Below, in pieces: positions 32,221 to 32,919 of a stretch of DNA of 32,919 bases. Positions within the stretch are counted from its first letter, which is position 1; each line of letters begins with the position of its first letter. Made by a program: the position numbers and the translations under genes. Source of the stretch: Toensbergia leucococca (Eukaryota); assembly GCA_022813965.1 (NCBI GenBank), contig JALDZS010000237.1:1-32919 (forward strand). The letters run 5' to 3'. Below the pieces are notes generated by a model. The model worked only from the letters and a program-made list of their open reading frames with translations, was not told where the DNA came from and did not search any database.

Positions 32221-32853
32221 CTATTTTTTTGGTTTTTTCTTTTTTTTCATTGTTGGTTTAGGAGTCTGGTGCTTGAGGGAACGGAGTTTATGGATGTATT
32301 GTGGATTGTGGATTGGATGGTGGAGAGGCTGGAGTGGAGACTGGGTGGTGCTGTGAGGGGTAGGTGGGGAGGGGATGGAAGGTGAGCGGGGTGGTGAATG
32401 GAGGGTGTGGGTGTTGGTTTGGGCGGTGGTTAGGGCGGGTGAAGGACGGGAATTTAATCGGAAAACAAGTCCGCTCTCCGACATTTATGCACAATGATGT
32501 AGAGTTCGAGTGTGGTCCTCCGCCACTTCGATCCACCACCACCCTCATTCCACCCAACCGTTGCTCCATGCTCCCCCTTGGTGAGATACATAAATCAACC
32601 TCATAGGCCGCCGTCTTCCACCTGACCGTCACCGTTCCAACCCACCTTTCAACCAATTGCCCACCGTGATCAACCACCAAGCAGAGCAAGCTCACTCTCC
32701 TCACCTCATCATTCTATCATGTATCATTCTTGATTGCCATCGGACTCTACAGGTACCCTACTCTATGAAAAGGAGCGTTGGTCAATTGATCAAATTAATC
32801 GCCTATCATCAAACGCTTCAACTTCTGCATCTTCAATTGCGCCTATATTTACC

Positions 32854-32919
32854 ATGGCGAGACACCTCTCATTCTTAGACCTACCTCTGCACATTAGACA
32901 GAAAATTTACACTTCTGTC
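32854..32919 (+). CDS. 5' end of a protein with an F-box-like N-terminal motif (runs off the window)
   Basis: ACCATGG context; MARHLSFLDLPLHIRQKIYTSV matches the common fungal 'sFLdLP.EiR..IY' motif. Only 22 codons are visible. Confidence 0.6.
   Translation, partial: MARHLSFLDLPLHIRQKIYTSV

Noticed and set aside
1..32919. tRNA, rRNA, CRISPR arrays or a secondary-metabolite cluster
   Set aside because: I saw no cloverleaf/T-loop, rRNA or repeat-spacer pattern. There is no PKS, NRPS or terpene backbone gene, and the GST, NmrA and TF genes are interspersed with housekeeping genes.

Overview
Intron-rich fungal (Pezizomycotina-type) genomic DNA; the taxonomy is inferred from the gene families and the GT/GC-AG introns with CTRAC-type branch sites. 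Manual splicing gives these genes in order: a Leu3/Sef1-like Zn2Cys6 transcription factor (runs off the left edge), a small secreted peptide, a head-to-head PRP18/SAP18 pair, a 4-exon complex I subunit NDUFB4 (absent from the ORF track), a Gtt1-type GST, a NACHT-TPR NLR, a YDR132C/YLR108C-like BTB protein, a GPI/mucin-like surface protein, an NmrA-family reductase, SEC65/SRP19, a second Zn2Cys6 factor, a 3-exon 78-aa 'LRGG + Cys-rich tail' microprotein, a decayed EEP-nuclease pseudogene and the start of an F-box-like gene. A CpG-depleted transposon relic (about 8.7-9.8 kb) contains a perfect 164-bp solo LTR with a 5-bp TSD, inserted into a MULE-like transposase motif. The best leads are (1) the microprotein, whose ubiquitin-like LRGG|G motif suggests cleavage by a deubiquitinase that releases a Gly-starting, Cys-rich lipidation peptide, and (2) the NLR, which has a Walker A K>E change, a probable GC splice donor and a single in-frame TAA inside otherwise intact TPR repeats. 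All gene models were built by eye; no database searches were run.
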